From assembly GCA_028694645.1 (NCBI GenBank), contig JAQVKM010000004.1, forward strand, positions 210 to 64,209: a stretch of DNA of 64,000 nucleotides, in the 5' to 3' direction. Made by a program: the position numbers and the translations under genes. Under the pieces are notes generated by a model. The model did not search any database, had not been told where the DNA came from, and was given only the letters and a program-made list of their open reading frames with translations. Origin of the DNA: Bacilli bacterium. GTDB lineage: Bacteria; Bacillota_I; Bacilli_A; RF39; UBA660. This document shows positions 1 through 9,119 of the stretch, piece after piece (the first letter of the stretch is position 1; each line of letters begins with the position of its first letter).

Positions 1-686
1 GGAACTAAAAACTTGTCAATAATAAGTGTTCCAAAATAACTAATAATAATTGTTGATGATATCATTATATAAATATTTGATAATAAACTAAACTTATAAT
101 TAACATCTATATCTAATGAAGCAGAAGTTTGTGTCAACAATCCTAATAAGTGATCATTATAATTAAATATAAAGCCTGTTCCATAACCTATTGAAATCCC
201 AACGAATGTAATTAATATTCCTAAAATAGGATTTTTCTCCATATATTTATAATTAACCCCAACAAGTGGAATCAAAAATATATAACTATAATCACCAATT
301 ACTGTACTAATAATTGAAATTAATAATGTTAAAAATATTATAAGGTTAAATTTAAATTTTTTAAATGGTGAAAACATCGCGTATAATAAACCGCTTCTTT
401 CACATATTCCAATACCAAACAATGATATTATAATTAAAATAAGTGGTTCAAAATTTCTAAAATTATCAACGATATTTTCTATTATAAATTTTAATCCATC
501 CAAACTTATAATATTTTTTACTGTAACTAATGTTGTTTCTAGAGTATTATTAGCTATTACAGTTTTATACGCCTCTATTTCAAAAATTGAAAAGATCATA
601 CTTAATAATGAAACGATAATAAGTATAATCATCATTGAAAAGACAGGACTATATATTTTTTCTTTTTTTCGCTTCTTTCTAGCCAT
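1..686 (-). CDS. AbgT/MtrF-family transporter, N-terminal portion; gene continues beyond window start
   Basis: Minus-strand ORF with ATG at 686..684 and a GGAGG RBS at 691..695. It is missing from the supplied track because it runs off the window edge. The N-terminus (MARKKRKKEKIYSPV...TVKNIISLDGLKFIIENIVDNFRNFEPL) resembles the conserved AbgT N-terminal region, followed by several predicted TM helices. Confidence 0.5.
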   Translation of the reverse strand, partial: MARKKRKKEKIYSPVFSMMIILIIVSLLSMIFSIFEIEAYKTVIANNTLETTLVTVKNIISLDGLKFIIENIVDNFRNFEPLILIIISLFGIGICERSGLLYAMFSPFKKFKFNLIIFLTLLISIISTVIGDYSYIFLIPLVGVNYKYMEKNPILGILITFVGISIGYGTGFIFNYNDHLLGLLTQTSASLDIDVNYKFSLLSNIYIMISSTIIISYFGTLIIDKFLV

Positions 687-694
687 AATTCCTC

Positions 695-841
695 CTATTT
701 TACAATTTTTTTAAGTTTCTTATTAAATTCTATCCTGGGTAACATTATCGTTCTACCACAATTACAACATTTTATTTTAATATCTGCACCTAATCGAACA
801 ATTTCCCATTCATTTGTTCCACATGGATGGGGTTTTTTCAT
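695..841 (-). CDS. DUF951-like small Cys-rich protein (48 aa)
   Basis: Untracked minus-strand ORF, MKKPHPCGTNEWEIVRLGADIKIKCCNCGRTIMLPRIEFNKKLKKIVK. It has a PCG...CxNCG zinc-ribbon-like pattern typical of the DUF951/YyzM-like family found near parB and mscS in Bacillota. Confidence 0.45.
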   Translation of the reverse strand: MKKPHPCGTNEWEIVRLGADIKIKCCNCGRTIMLPRIEFNKKLKKIVK

Positions 842-866
842 TATAACAATGTTTCCTAATTTATAA

Positions 867-1655
867 TCAAGCATTGCGTATCACCATTTGATTATAAGGA
901 ATAACAATATTGTTTTTATCTAATTCTAACTTTAATTCTTTCAATATTGCTCTTTCTGTTTCATAATGCTTTAATGACTCTGTTTCAACTGTAATACGAT
1001 ATTTAACACCATAATCACTTAAATCAGTTACACCAACTAAAGTAACATCACCTTTTAAGTAGGCTAATTCATTTGTTAATCTTTCACATAGTTTTATTAA
1101 AACTTTTTCAACTTTATTTAAATCCTCATCATATGATACTAAAAAATTAACAACAGCTAATGATTGACTTAAGCTATGATTAATAACAGATTCAATATTA
1201 CGATTTGAAATAATTTTAATTTCACCAGTAAAAGCTTTTATTTTTGTTATTTTTAATCCTAAAGAAATAACCTCACCTTTAAAATTATCTATAGTTACTG
1301 TATCTCCTACACTATATTGATTTTCAAATATAATGAAGAATCCCGATAATAAATCTTTTAATGTATCTTGAAATGCTAATCCAGCAACAACGCTTACAAC
1401 ACCAAGTGAAGTTAAAATTCCACTAGTATCTATTTCATAAACATTTAAAATCATCAATGTTGCAATAATGACAAAAAAATATTTAACAACATTATTTATC
1501 AAACTAATTATTGTTTTTTTTCTTTTGGCATCAACTTTAGTCAATTTTAATTTTGCAATTCTTTTGATTATTTTTTTTATAATTATATATAATAATGAAA
1601 ATATTATTACAATCAATATTGGAGCTACTATTTCTTTTACGAATATTTTATCCAT
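867..1655 (-). CDS. mscS: Small-conductance mechanosensitive channel (MscS family)
   Basis: 262 aa with N-terminal TM helices followed by the conserved MscS beta-domain (GDTVTIDNFKGEVISLGLKITKIKAFTGEIKIISNRNI). Confidence 0.8.
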   Translation of the reverse strand: MDKIFVKEIVAPILIVIIFSLLYIIIKKIIKRIAKLKLTKVDAKRKKTIISLINNVVKYFFVIIATLMILNVYEIDTSGILTSLGVVSVVAGLAFQDTLKDLLSGFFIIFENQYSVGDTVTIDNFKGEVISLGLKITKIKAFTGEIKIISNRNIESVINHSLSQSLAVVNFLVSYDEDLNKVEKVLIKLCERLTNELAYLKGDVTLVGVTDLSDYGVKYRITVETESLKHYETERAILKELKLELDKNNIVIPYNQMVIRNA

Positions 1656-1663
1656 AATATCAC

Positions 1664-2554
1664 CTACTCTTTAATTTCAAGAATTTCTAAAATTCTATTT
1701 AAATCAGCAACACTTGTAAATGTTATTTCAACTTTTTTATCTTTAATTTTAACTTTTGTATCTAATTTTTCTCTAAGCAATTCTTCAACATAGCGATAAT
1801 CTTTATTTTCTTCTTTAGATCGTCTTTCAATTTTTACTTTTCGCTCTAAATTACCTTGATTTACTAAAGTTTCTGTATCTCTAACAGATATTTTATCACT
1901 AACTATTTTAGTAGCTATATCTCTTATTTTTTCTTCATCAACTAATTTACTTAAAACTCTAGCATGCCCCATTGAAAGTTCCTCATTAATGATCAATTTT
2001 TGAACATCTTTTGGTAGTCTAAGTAATCCTACTATATTAGTAATATGGCTTCTGCTTTTACCAACTTTTGTGGCTAATTCATCTTGAGTTAAATCCAATT
2101 TATCTAACATATTTTTATATGCATATGCTTCTTCAATAGCAGATAAATTTTCTCTTTGTAAATTTTCTAATAAAGCTATTTCCATCATTTGTTCATCTGT
2201 AAAATTTCTAACAATTGCTGGAACTGTCTTTTTACCTGCCAATTTACTTGCTCTATATCTTCTTTCTCCTGCTATTATTTCATATCCTTTTATGCTAGGT
2301 TTTACAATAATAGGTTGAAAGACACCATGTTCTTTTATGGAATCGGCTAATTCTTTAAGTGCTTCCTCATCAAAAACTTTTCTCGGTTGATATGGATTAG
2401 CTCTTAAATCATCTAAATCTATTTCAATTATTTCTTCACTACTAGTTGTCTCATAAATACTTTTTTCTAAACTATCTAAATCCAAATTTTCATTGTTAAA
2501 TAACTGTTCCAATCCTCTACCAAGAGCTCTTTTTTTATTTTCCATTACGCTCAA
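1664..2554 (-). CDS. parB: Chromosome partitioning protein ParB/Spo0J
   Basis: 296 aa with RALGRGL N-motif, ParB box (IIAGERRYRASKLAG, LENLQRENL) and HTH (QDELATKVGKSRSHITN). Confidence 0.85.
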   Translation of the reverse strand: MSVMENKKRALGRGLEQLFNNENLDLDSLEKSIYETTSSEEIIEIDLDDLRANPYQPRKVFDEEALKELADSIKEHGVFQPIIVKPSIKGYEIIAGERRYRASKLAGKKTVPAIVRNFTDEQMMEIALLENLQRENLSAIEEAYAYKNMLDKLDLTQDELATKVGKSRSHITNIVGLLRLPKDVQKLIINEELSMGHARVLSKLVDEEKIRDIATKIVSDKISVRDTETLVNQGNLERKVKIERRSKEENKDYRYVEELLREKLDTKVKIKDKKVEITFTSVADLNRILEILEIKE

Positions 2555-3320
2555 TCACTTCCTTTGCTAAATTTAAGTATGCTTCTGCTCCTATGCTTTG
2601 AGGAGCATAAGCTATAATAGGTTTTCCATGACTTGGTGCTTCTGCTAATTTTATAAGCCTTGGAATTATTGTATCATATACGCTTTCTTTAAAATAACTT
2701 TTAATATCTTCTACAACTTCTAATCCTAAATTTGTTCTGCAATCTAACATAGTAAGTAAAACACCTTCAATACCCAATGTAGGATTGATGTTTTTTTGAG
2801 CCAGCATTATTGTATTTAACAATTGCATAACTCCCTCTAAAGCAAAAAACTCACATTGAATTGGAATAATTACTGAATTGGCTGCTGTTAAAGCATTCGT
2901 AGTAAGTATTCCTAATGATGGAGGGCAGTCTACTATTATATAATCAAATGATTCTGATACCTCATCTAAGTGTTTTTTTAATTGACTTCCTTTTATAAAG
3001 CTTGAATCTCGATTATGTTTTTCAATCAATTCAAAATCTACCCCTGCTAAATTAATAGTAGCAGGTATTATATATAAATTTTTAAATTTTGTCTTAATTA
3101 CAACTTCACTTATTTCAGCTTCACCTTTTAAAAGTTCATACATACTTTTATCATAATCCGATTTTTCAATTCCAACACCTGTTGTGGCATTTCCTTGTGG
3201 ATCTAAATCAACTAATAAAACTTTTTTTCTAAGAGAACCCAAAGATGCCGCTAAATTAATACTCGATGTTGTCTTTCCTACACCGCCCTTTTGATTTACT
3301 AATGCTATTACCTTTCCCAT
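2535..3320 (-). CDS. parA: Chromosome partitioning ATPase ParA/Soj
   Basis: 261 aa with deviant Walker A KGGVGKTT. Overlaps parB as in soj-spo0J operons. Confidence 0.9.
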   Translation of the reverse strand: MGKVIALVNQKGGVGKTTSSINLAASLGSLRKKVLLVDLDPQGNATTGVGIEKSDYDKSMYELLKGEAEISEVVIKTKFKNLYIIPATINLAGVDFELIEKHNRDSSFIKGSQLKKHLDEVSESFDYIIVDCPPSLGILTTNALTAANSVIIPIQCEFFALEGVMQLLNTIMLAQKNINPTLGIEGVLLTMLDCRTNLGLEVVEDIKSYFKESVYDTIIPRLIKLAEAPSHGKPIIAYAPQSIGAEAYLNLAKEVIERNGK

Positions 3321-3410
3321 TTTATCACCATTTCCTACAACTTTTAACTACTATATAGTTTATCATATTTTACGTAAAATTGATAGCTTATTTTTATTTT
3401 AATAGGTTTA

Positions 3411-3440
3411 AAAAAAACAGAATATCTGTTTTTAATTGAA
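3411..3440. terminator. Bidirectional hairpin terminator downstream of ksgA
   Basis: AAAACAGAATATCTGTTTT stem-loop flanked by A/T runs on both strands. Confidence 0.4.
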
Positions 3441-3461
3441 AATTAATTGAAATTTATTTAA

Positions 3462-4301
3462 TCATATTACTTTTTCTAGTTTGTTAGCCAATTCAACAAA
3501 TATTTCTAATGATAATTGCTCAGCTCTTACAGATAAATCATAATTATGTTTTTTAAGAATTTCATCTATAATATTTAAATCATAATTTTTTAAATTATTT
3601 TTAATTGTTTTTCTTTTTTGAACAAAGCTGTCTTTAATCAGTTTGAAGAACAAATCTTTGTTATTAACTTCAATCAATTTTTTCTTTTTAATGAATTCAA
3701 CAACAATACTATCAACATTTGGCTTTGGTAAAAAAACATTTTTACTAACATCCATTATTTTTTTAATTTCATAATAATAATTTAAAAATATAGTTAATGA
3801 ATTATACTCTTTAGTTCCTGGTTTAGCTTTAAAACGATCTCCAACTTCTTTTTGAACCATAACTACAATTTTATCAACGTCAATATTGTTTTCAATAATT
3901 GAAACTATTATTGGTGTTGTAATATAGTATGGAAGGTTAGCTACTACATAAAGCTTTTGATAATCATATTTATTTATATCTTTTTTAACATCGCTTTTTA
4001 AAAAATCATTATATATTATTTCAACATTACTCGTATGATTCAAATTTTTATTTAATATTTCTTTTAATGTTGTATCAATTTCGTAACATAAAACATTTTT
4101 AGCTTTTAATGCCAATTTATTAGTTAAGGAACCCGCTCCAGGACCTATTTCTATAACCAATGTATCACTATCAACATTAGATTTATCAACAATATTATTA
4201 ATAATATTTTCATCTATAATAAAATTCTGACCAAACTTTTTTTTGAAATCGAAATTATTGTTTTGTAAAACATCTTTCATTTTTGTTGGTGAATATTCCA
4301 T
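3462..4301 (-). CDS. rsmA: 16S rRNA (adenine1518/1519-N6)-dimethyltransferase RsmA/KsgA
   Basis: 279 aa with FGQNFI N-motif and the SAM-binding motif EIGPGAGSLT. Confidence 0.9.
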   Translation of the reverse strand: MEYSPTKMKDVLQNNNFDFKKKFGQNFIIDENIINNIVDKSNVDSDTLVIEIGPGAGSLTNKLALKAKNVLCYEIDTTLKEILNKNLNHTSNVEIIYNDFLKSDVKKDINKYDYQKLYVVANLPYYITTPIIVSIIENNIDVDKIVVMVQKEVGDRFKAKPGTKEYNSLTIFLNYYYEIKKIMDVSKNVFLPKPNVDSIVVEFIKKKKLIEVNNKDLFFKLIKDSFVQKRKTIKNNLKNYDLNIIDEILKKHNYDLSVRAEQLSLEIFVELANKLEKVI

Positions 4302-4362
4302 TAAACCACATCCTTTAAAAATTATACTAAATTTTGTTTATTAAAGCAAGAAAAAAAGGTTG

Positions 4363-5091
4363 TTACCAACCCCACCTTTGTACACTAAATTTTATATTTT
4401 TTCCGGTTATCCCATCGCTGCCTACTAATTCATTTGATTCATAAGCTAAGTCCATATAAACTAATCCTTTTGCCCACTGTGTATTCATAGTTCCACCACG
4501 ATCCATCACAACAGCTAAAGTTTTTGTTGTTTTATTACTAATTTCTACAATTGTACCACATGGAAAAGAATTAGCTGCTGATAAAATACGAACTTTTCCA
4601 TATTCGTCATCTGTATAATAAATTCCATCATACTTCAAACTAAATCTTTCTTTTGATTCTGTCTTACATGCCAAGTAACCTTCTCCACTACAACCAGCTC
4701 CGCATGCAGCACTATATCCAGTTAATCTGCCTGTATATATTCCATATGCCCCAGTTCCTTGTTCAATTACTTCTGTTACAGCTTCTTGTAAAAGATTTTC
4801 GCCTATTGCTTTTTGTTTTACATTTTCTGAATAATCATCTAATACTGTATATGTAATACCATCAACACCTTCTGTAATTATTTTAGAAATGTTTTTTGGT
4901 ATTTTAGAGTTATATTTTATTATCGTATCATGTTTTTCAACATAATTTATAACATTTACATTAATTGAATTGTTTGCGTTGGTAATGTCTATTTTTTTTT
5001 CATCATAATTACCAAACCCCATAATAGACATAGCCGATATACATATAATACCTAGCCACTCACTTACCAATTGCAGTAAAGATACACTCAT
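4363..5091 (-). CDS. YabE-like cell-wall binding protein (G5 domain plus 3D domain)
   Basis: 242 aa. The G5-like segment is ITEGVDGITYTV; the 3D domain has conserved Asp residues (YGKVRILSAA...AVVMDRGG). Its position next to ksgA and tatD mirrors B. subtilis yabD-yabE-rnmV-ksgA. Confidence 0.55.
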   Translation of the reverse strand: MSVSLLQLVSEWLGIICISAMSIMGFGNYDEKKIDITNANNSINVNVINYVEKHDTIIKYNSKIPKNISKIITEGVDGITYTVLDDYSENVKQKAIGENLLQEAVTEVIEQGTGAYGIYTGRLTGYSAACGAGCSGEGYLACKTESKERFSLKYDGIYYTDDEYGKVRILSAANSFPCGTIVEISNKTTKTLAVVMDRGGTMNTQWAKGLVYMDLAYESNELVGSDGITGKNIKFSVQRWGW

Positions 5092-5126
5092 TATTTCACC
5101 TCATTGATGATAAAATTGTAGCATAA

Positions 5127-5879
5127 TTATATTTTTAAGTCAAATTGATTAATAGCATTATTTGTCGTTATTTGTAAAACTGAAGCGATTTCCATTTTTT
5201 TTATCTCAGCTATTTTTTTAGCTATTAAAGGGATATTTTTGGGTTCATTTTTTGTTCCTCTTATTGGTTCAGGGGTTAACCAAGGGCTATCCGTTTCTAA
5301 TAAAATATCTTTAATATTAATATTTTCCACAACATTTACTAAGTTTTTAGCGTTTTTAAAAGTTATAACTCCTCCTATTCCAAATTTAACATTTATCTTA
5401 GCAAATAAATTTGCCATTTCTAAAGTGTAACTATAGCAATGTAATACTTTTTTTAAATTATCATAATTTTTTAAAATGTCATAAGTATCTTGTGCTGCTT
5501 CTCTACTATGAATAACTATAGGCTTATTATATTTTAATGCTATTTCTATTTGCTTTATGAATATTTCTTTTTGTTTTTGTTTATTATCATTTTTATAATA
5601 ATAATCTAATCCTATTTCTCCTATCCCTACAATTTTTGGGTTATTAATATTTTGTTCAATAAAACCAAAAATATCATCAGATAAATTATCTATTTGACCA
5701 GGATGTATTCCTAAAGTTCCATATATATTTTTATATTTATTACATAATTTTACAACTTCATAATTGCTTTTTTCATCAGCTCCACTAATTATAGCAATAT
5801 TATTACCTATGTTTTCAATTATTTTTTCAATATTATCATAATCTTCTTCACTAATATGACAATGTGTATCTATGTACAT
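5127..5879 (-). CDS. tatD: TatD-family metal-dependent DNase/hydrolase (YabD-like)
   Basis: 250 aa with N-terminal DTHCH motif and TatD-family signatures throughout. Confidence 0.85.
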   Translation of the reverse strand: MYIDTHCHISEEDYDNIEKIIENIGNNIAIISGADEKSNYEVVKLCNKYKNIYGTLGIHPGQIDNLSDDIFGFIEQNINNPKIVGIGEIGLDYYYKNDNKQKQKEIFIKQIEIALKYNKPIVIHSREAAQDTYDILKNYDNLKKVLHCYSYTLEMANLFAKINVKFGIGGVITFKNAKNLVNVVENINIKDILLETDSPWLTPEPIRGTKNEPKNIPLIAKKIAEIKKMEIASVLQITTNNAINQFDLKI

Positions 5880-5925
5880 ATAATCAACTCCAATAAAAAA
5901 ATTATACCTTATTAATAGATATAAT

Positions 5926-6096
5926 TCAATTATCTTTGACTATTATTATATACCTTATTATACAAAAAAGTATAAAAAGTAAATATAAAGCATCTAGTAT
6001 ATTAAAGTTACTAATACAAGAAATGATTAGTAAGACTATGCCAACAGCAAACATCGATATAACAACCCACATTTCTTTCAGTTTTGAAATAGTCAT
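5926..6096 (-). CDS. Hypothetical small membrane protein (56 aa, two predicted TM helices)
   Basis: Untracked minus-strand ORF MTISKLKEMWVVISMFAVGIVLLIISCISNF..., with a strong GGAGGAT RBS 5 nt upstream at 6101..6107. The opposite-strand ORF 5936..6121 in the supplied track is probably spurious. Confidence 0.35.
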   Translation of the reverse strand: MTISKLKEMWVVISMFAVGIVLLIISCISNFNILDALYLLFILFCIIRYIIIVKDN

Positions 6097-6196
6097 TTAT
6101 ATCCTCCTAAATTTCACATAATAACTATAACATATAAAAATAAATAAATTCAAATATTTTCATACACTTTTATATGACATTTTACAACACTTTACA

Positions 6197-7753
6197 TTAT
6201 TGATTTAAAATTTCTTCTAATTTTTTTTCTTTATCTATTCTAATAAATAATGGTTCTGGAGAATTAACATTTATTCCAGGATCCATTCCTTTAAAATTAA
6301 TAGAATCAATAAATTTATTTTCTGTATTTAATTGTTTAAATATTTTGTCAGATGTTTCTGGTAAAAATGGATGTAATAAGATTGCTCCAGTTCTGATTGA
6401 TTCTAAAAGATTATACAAAACCGTTTTTAAACGTTCATTATTTTCTTCTTTAGATAATATCCATGGGGTTGTTTCATCAATATACTTATTACATCTTCTA
6501 AAGATTTCAAAAATATTGTCTATTGCGTCTGAAACTTTAAGTTCATCCATGTTTTTTTCTACTTTTAAAGGCGTTGATAAAACTAAATCTATTAATTCTT
6601 GATCTAAATCATTAAATTCACCAGGCTCATATACAATTCCGTCAAAATATTTTATCACCATTGATATTGTTCTATTAACCAAATTTCCTAATATATTAGC
6701 TAAATCAGAATTAATTCTCTCAATTAACAAATCATAAGTTATTGTTCCATCATTTGCATAAGGAATTTCATGTAATAAATAATATCTTATAGCATCCACT
6801 CCAAACAAATTTACTAAATCATCTGCGTACATTATATTTCCTTTAGATTTGCTCATTTTGTCATCACCAAATAAAACCCAAGGATGTCCAAAAATTTGTT
6901 TTGGCATTGGTAAATTAAGAGCCATTAGCATAATTGGCCAATATATAGTGTGAAATCTTAATATGTCTTTCCCAATTAAATGAACATCTGCAGGCCAGTA
7001 CTTTTTAAATTCATCTGAACTATTACCTTCGACATCATACCCTAAAAATGTTATATAATTACTCAAAGCATCTATCCAAACATATATAACATGTTTATCA
7101 TCAAATGTAACTGGAACTCCCCAATTAAATGATGTTCTTGATACACAAAGGTCTTGTAGCCCTGGTTTTATAAAATTATTTATTATCTCATTCTTTCTAC
7201 TTTCTGGCTTGATAAATTCAGGATGTGATTCAATATAATCTTCTAATTTTTTTGTATATTTACTTAATTTAAAGAAATAAGCTTCCTCACTCGCTACTTC
7301 TACTTTTCTTCCACAGTCTGGACATAATCCATCTATTAATTGTGATTCTGTAAAAAATGATTCACATGGTGTACAATATAAACCTTCATATTTTCCTTTA
7401 TAAATATCTCCTTGTTCATAAAGTTTTTTAAATATTTTAGCAACTTGTTCTTTATGTGATGGATTTGATGTTCTAACAAATTTATCATAACTTGTATTCA
7501 TAATATCCCATATTTTACGTACTTCTAATGCTATTTCATCAACAAATTCTTGTGGATTTATACCTTCTAAACTAGCTTTATCTTGAATTTTTTGACCATG
7601 CTCGTCTGTTCCTGTTTGAAAGTACACATCATAGCCTAACAATCTTTTATAACGTGCTATCGCATCTGCAAGAACTATTTCATAAGTATTCCCGATATGT
7701 GGTTTACCTGATGTATATGCTATTGCAGTTGAAATATAATATTTTTCTTTCAT
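6197..7753 (-). CDS. metG: Methionine--tRNA ligase (short form)
   Basis: 518 aa with class I HIGH-type motif (PHIGN), Cys knuckles (CPDCGRK) and KMSKS. Confidence 0.95.
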   Translation of the reverse strand: MKEKYYISTAIAYTSGKPHIGNTYEIVLADAIARYKRLLGYDVYFQTGTDEHGQKIQDKASLEGINPQEFVDEIALEVRKIWDIMNTSYDKFVRTSNPSHKEQVAKIFKKLYEQGDIYKGKYEGLYCTPCESFFTESQLIDGLCPDCGRKVEVASEEAYFFKLSKYTKKLEDYIESHPEFIKPESRKNEIINNFIKPGLQDLCVSRTSFNWGVPVTFDDKHVIYVWIDALSNYITFLGYDVEGNSSDEFKKYWPADVHLIGKDILRFHTIYWPIMLMALNLPMPKQIFGHPWVLFGDDKMSKSKGNIMYADDLVNLFGVDAIRYYLLHEIPYANDGTITYDLLIERINSDLANILGNLVNRTISMVIKYFDGIVYEPGEFNDLDQELIDLVLSTPLKVEKNMDELKVSDAIDNIFEIFRRCNKYIDETTPWILSKEENNERLKTVLYNLLESIRTGAILLHPFLPETSDKIFKQLNTENKFIDSINFKGMDPGINVNSPEPLFIRIDKEKKLEEILNQ

Positions 7754-8238
7754 TGTAATTCCTCCTTTTTCGTACTTCCTATTCCACCTATTCTTGTTTT
7801 ATTTATTTCTTTTTCTTCATCAACAGTTTCATATTTAACAAATATTCCTTGGGCTATATGGTCATTTTTTTTAAAAAATAATTCTTCTGTACCTTCATTT
7901 TGTAATGAAATAAAAATATGGCCTTCATTACTTTCATTATTATAATAATCTGCATCTATAACGCCAATTTGATTTGTTAAACGAAGATTATACTTAAAAC
8001 CTAAACTACTTTTCATAACAATTAATAATACCTCGTTATTATTCATACATACTTTTATTCCAGTTGGTATTTTAATTATTTGATTTGGTTTTATGTTTAT
8101 ATCATTTATCAAACTAATATCATATCCAGCACTATTTTTAGTGCTTCTACTTGGTATATTATATTCATGATATCTTGAAATATCATCATCAATATCTTTT
8201 TTAAATTGATCGAAACTTATTTTTTCAAAAAAACGCAT
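7750..8238 (-). CDS. dut: dUTP diphosphatase (dimeric/trimeric dUTPase family, YncF/YosS-like)
   Basis: Start moved to MRFFEKI; a GGAGGT RBS lies at 8243..8248. All five dUTPase motifs are present: SAGYDI, PTGIK, GVIDADY, HIAQGIF and RIGGIGST. Its stop overlaps the metG start (ATGA), so the two are likely co-transcribed. Confidence 0.65.
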   Translation of the reverse strand: MRFFEKISFDQFKKDIDDDISRYHEYNIPSRSTKNSAGYDISLINDINIKPNQIIKIPTGIKVCMNNNEVLLIVMKSSLGFKYNLRLTNQIGVIDADYYNNESNEGHIFISLQNEGTEELFFKKNDHIAQGIFVKYETVDEEKEINKTRIGGIGSTKKEELQ

Positions 8239-8255
8239 AATTACCTCCAAAAACA

Positions 8256-8507
8256 AAAAAAACATCCTTATCTATAAGGACGTGATTTACGCGATACCAC
8301 CTTATTTTACAGAAAAAATCTGTAATCTCATTAAATTTAACGCATTCCTACGTCCTAAGCTAAATATCACTTAAGCAATTCCAGAGCCATTCGAAATATT
8401 ATTTTTACTTGTTTACACCAACCACAAGTTCTCTTTTAAAAATATATATTTTTCTCTCTTTCATAATTTTTCTAATAAATTATAACATAATTTCCTTTAG
8501 TTTTCAA
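8256..8507 (-). promoter_or_regulatory. Promoter plus T-box riboswitch leader with intrinsic terminator, upstream of dut-metG
   Basis: On the minus strand: -35 TTGAAA (8502..8507), 17-nt spacer, extended -10 TGTTATAAT (8469..8477). The leader is GC-enriched relative to the genome and begins with an AGAGA box. It has a GCGTTA F-box-like element. The sequence AAATAAGGTGGTATCGCG matches the T-box consensus AAUUAGGGUGGUACCGCG at 15 of 18 positions. A terminator hairpin ACGTCCTTAT-AGA-ATAAGGATGT plus U8 follows, immediately before the dut RBS. Confidence 0.55.
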
Positions 8508-9024
8508 GATATTTATTTAGGAATGTTGTTATTACAGAGGCTAATGTAAAATCACTGTCACAAAGTTTTTTATCTTTGTTTAAAAATATAATTAACCCAA
8601 CAACATCATTATATAGCATTATTGACTTAATAATATATGAACACTCAATGCTTTCTTTTTCTATTACTAATAATTCTTTCATATTTTTTTCCAATATATT
8701 TTCTCTTCTTTTTATATAATTTGATAGTTCATCACTTATTTTTTTCTTTAAATATTTTTTATATTTGTTAGAAGTTTCAATTATATATTCACAGTCAGTT
8801 ATAATAATATCATTTTTAGTTATTGAATTTATTGAATAAATAAAATTCGATGATAAATCTTCTAACTTACGTTCAATTGAATATCTTTTTAAAACAATTG
8901 AATCATTTTGAATGTATAATTCAACATTATCCCCATTGTTAAGTCTTAAATTACTTCGTATTTCTTTTGGAATTAACACTCTACCCAAATCATCAATTCT
9001 TTTTATTATACCTATTGCATCCAT
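8497..9024 (-). CDS. SpoVT/AbrB-family transcriptional regulator (AbrB swapped-hairpin N-domain plus GAF-like C-domain)
   Basis: 175 aa. The N-terminus (GIIKRIDDLGRVLIPKEIRSNLRLNNGDNVELY) is a canonical AbrB/MazE/SpoVT DNA-binding fold. Length and C-domain pattern resemble B. subtilis SpoVT (178 aa) more than AbrB (94 aa). Confidence 0.65.
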   Translation of the reverse strand: MDAIGIIKRIDDLGRVLIPKEIRSNLRLNNGDNVELYIQNDSIVLKRYSIERKLEDLSSNFIYSINSITKNDIIITDCEYIIETSNKYKKYLKKKISDELSNYIKRRENILEKNMKELLVIEKESIECSYIIKSIMLYNDVVGLIIFLNKDKKLCDSDFTLASVITTFLNKYLEN

Positions 9025-9119
9025 TTTATTTACACTTCCTAAAAATATTTTGTCTTATATAACTAATTTTATACCTATAATAATTACTTTTTATGATATA
9101 ATTGTTAGCAGGTGATAAA

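Noticed and set aside
1468-1674. Numerous 60-140 aa ORFs on the opposite strand of annotated genes (for example 1468..1674, 4653..4856, 5239..5430, 6345..6602, 10813..11115, 19452..19796, 20169..20582, 28208..28564, 38827..39039, 48108..48515, 50145..50775, 53422..53769, 57372..57692, 61494..61877)
   Set aside because: They lie entirely within well-supported genes on the other strand, have low-complexity I/L/F/S-rich translations typical of antisense AT-rich DNA, and lack RBSs.
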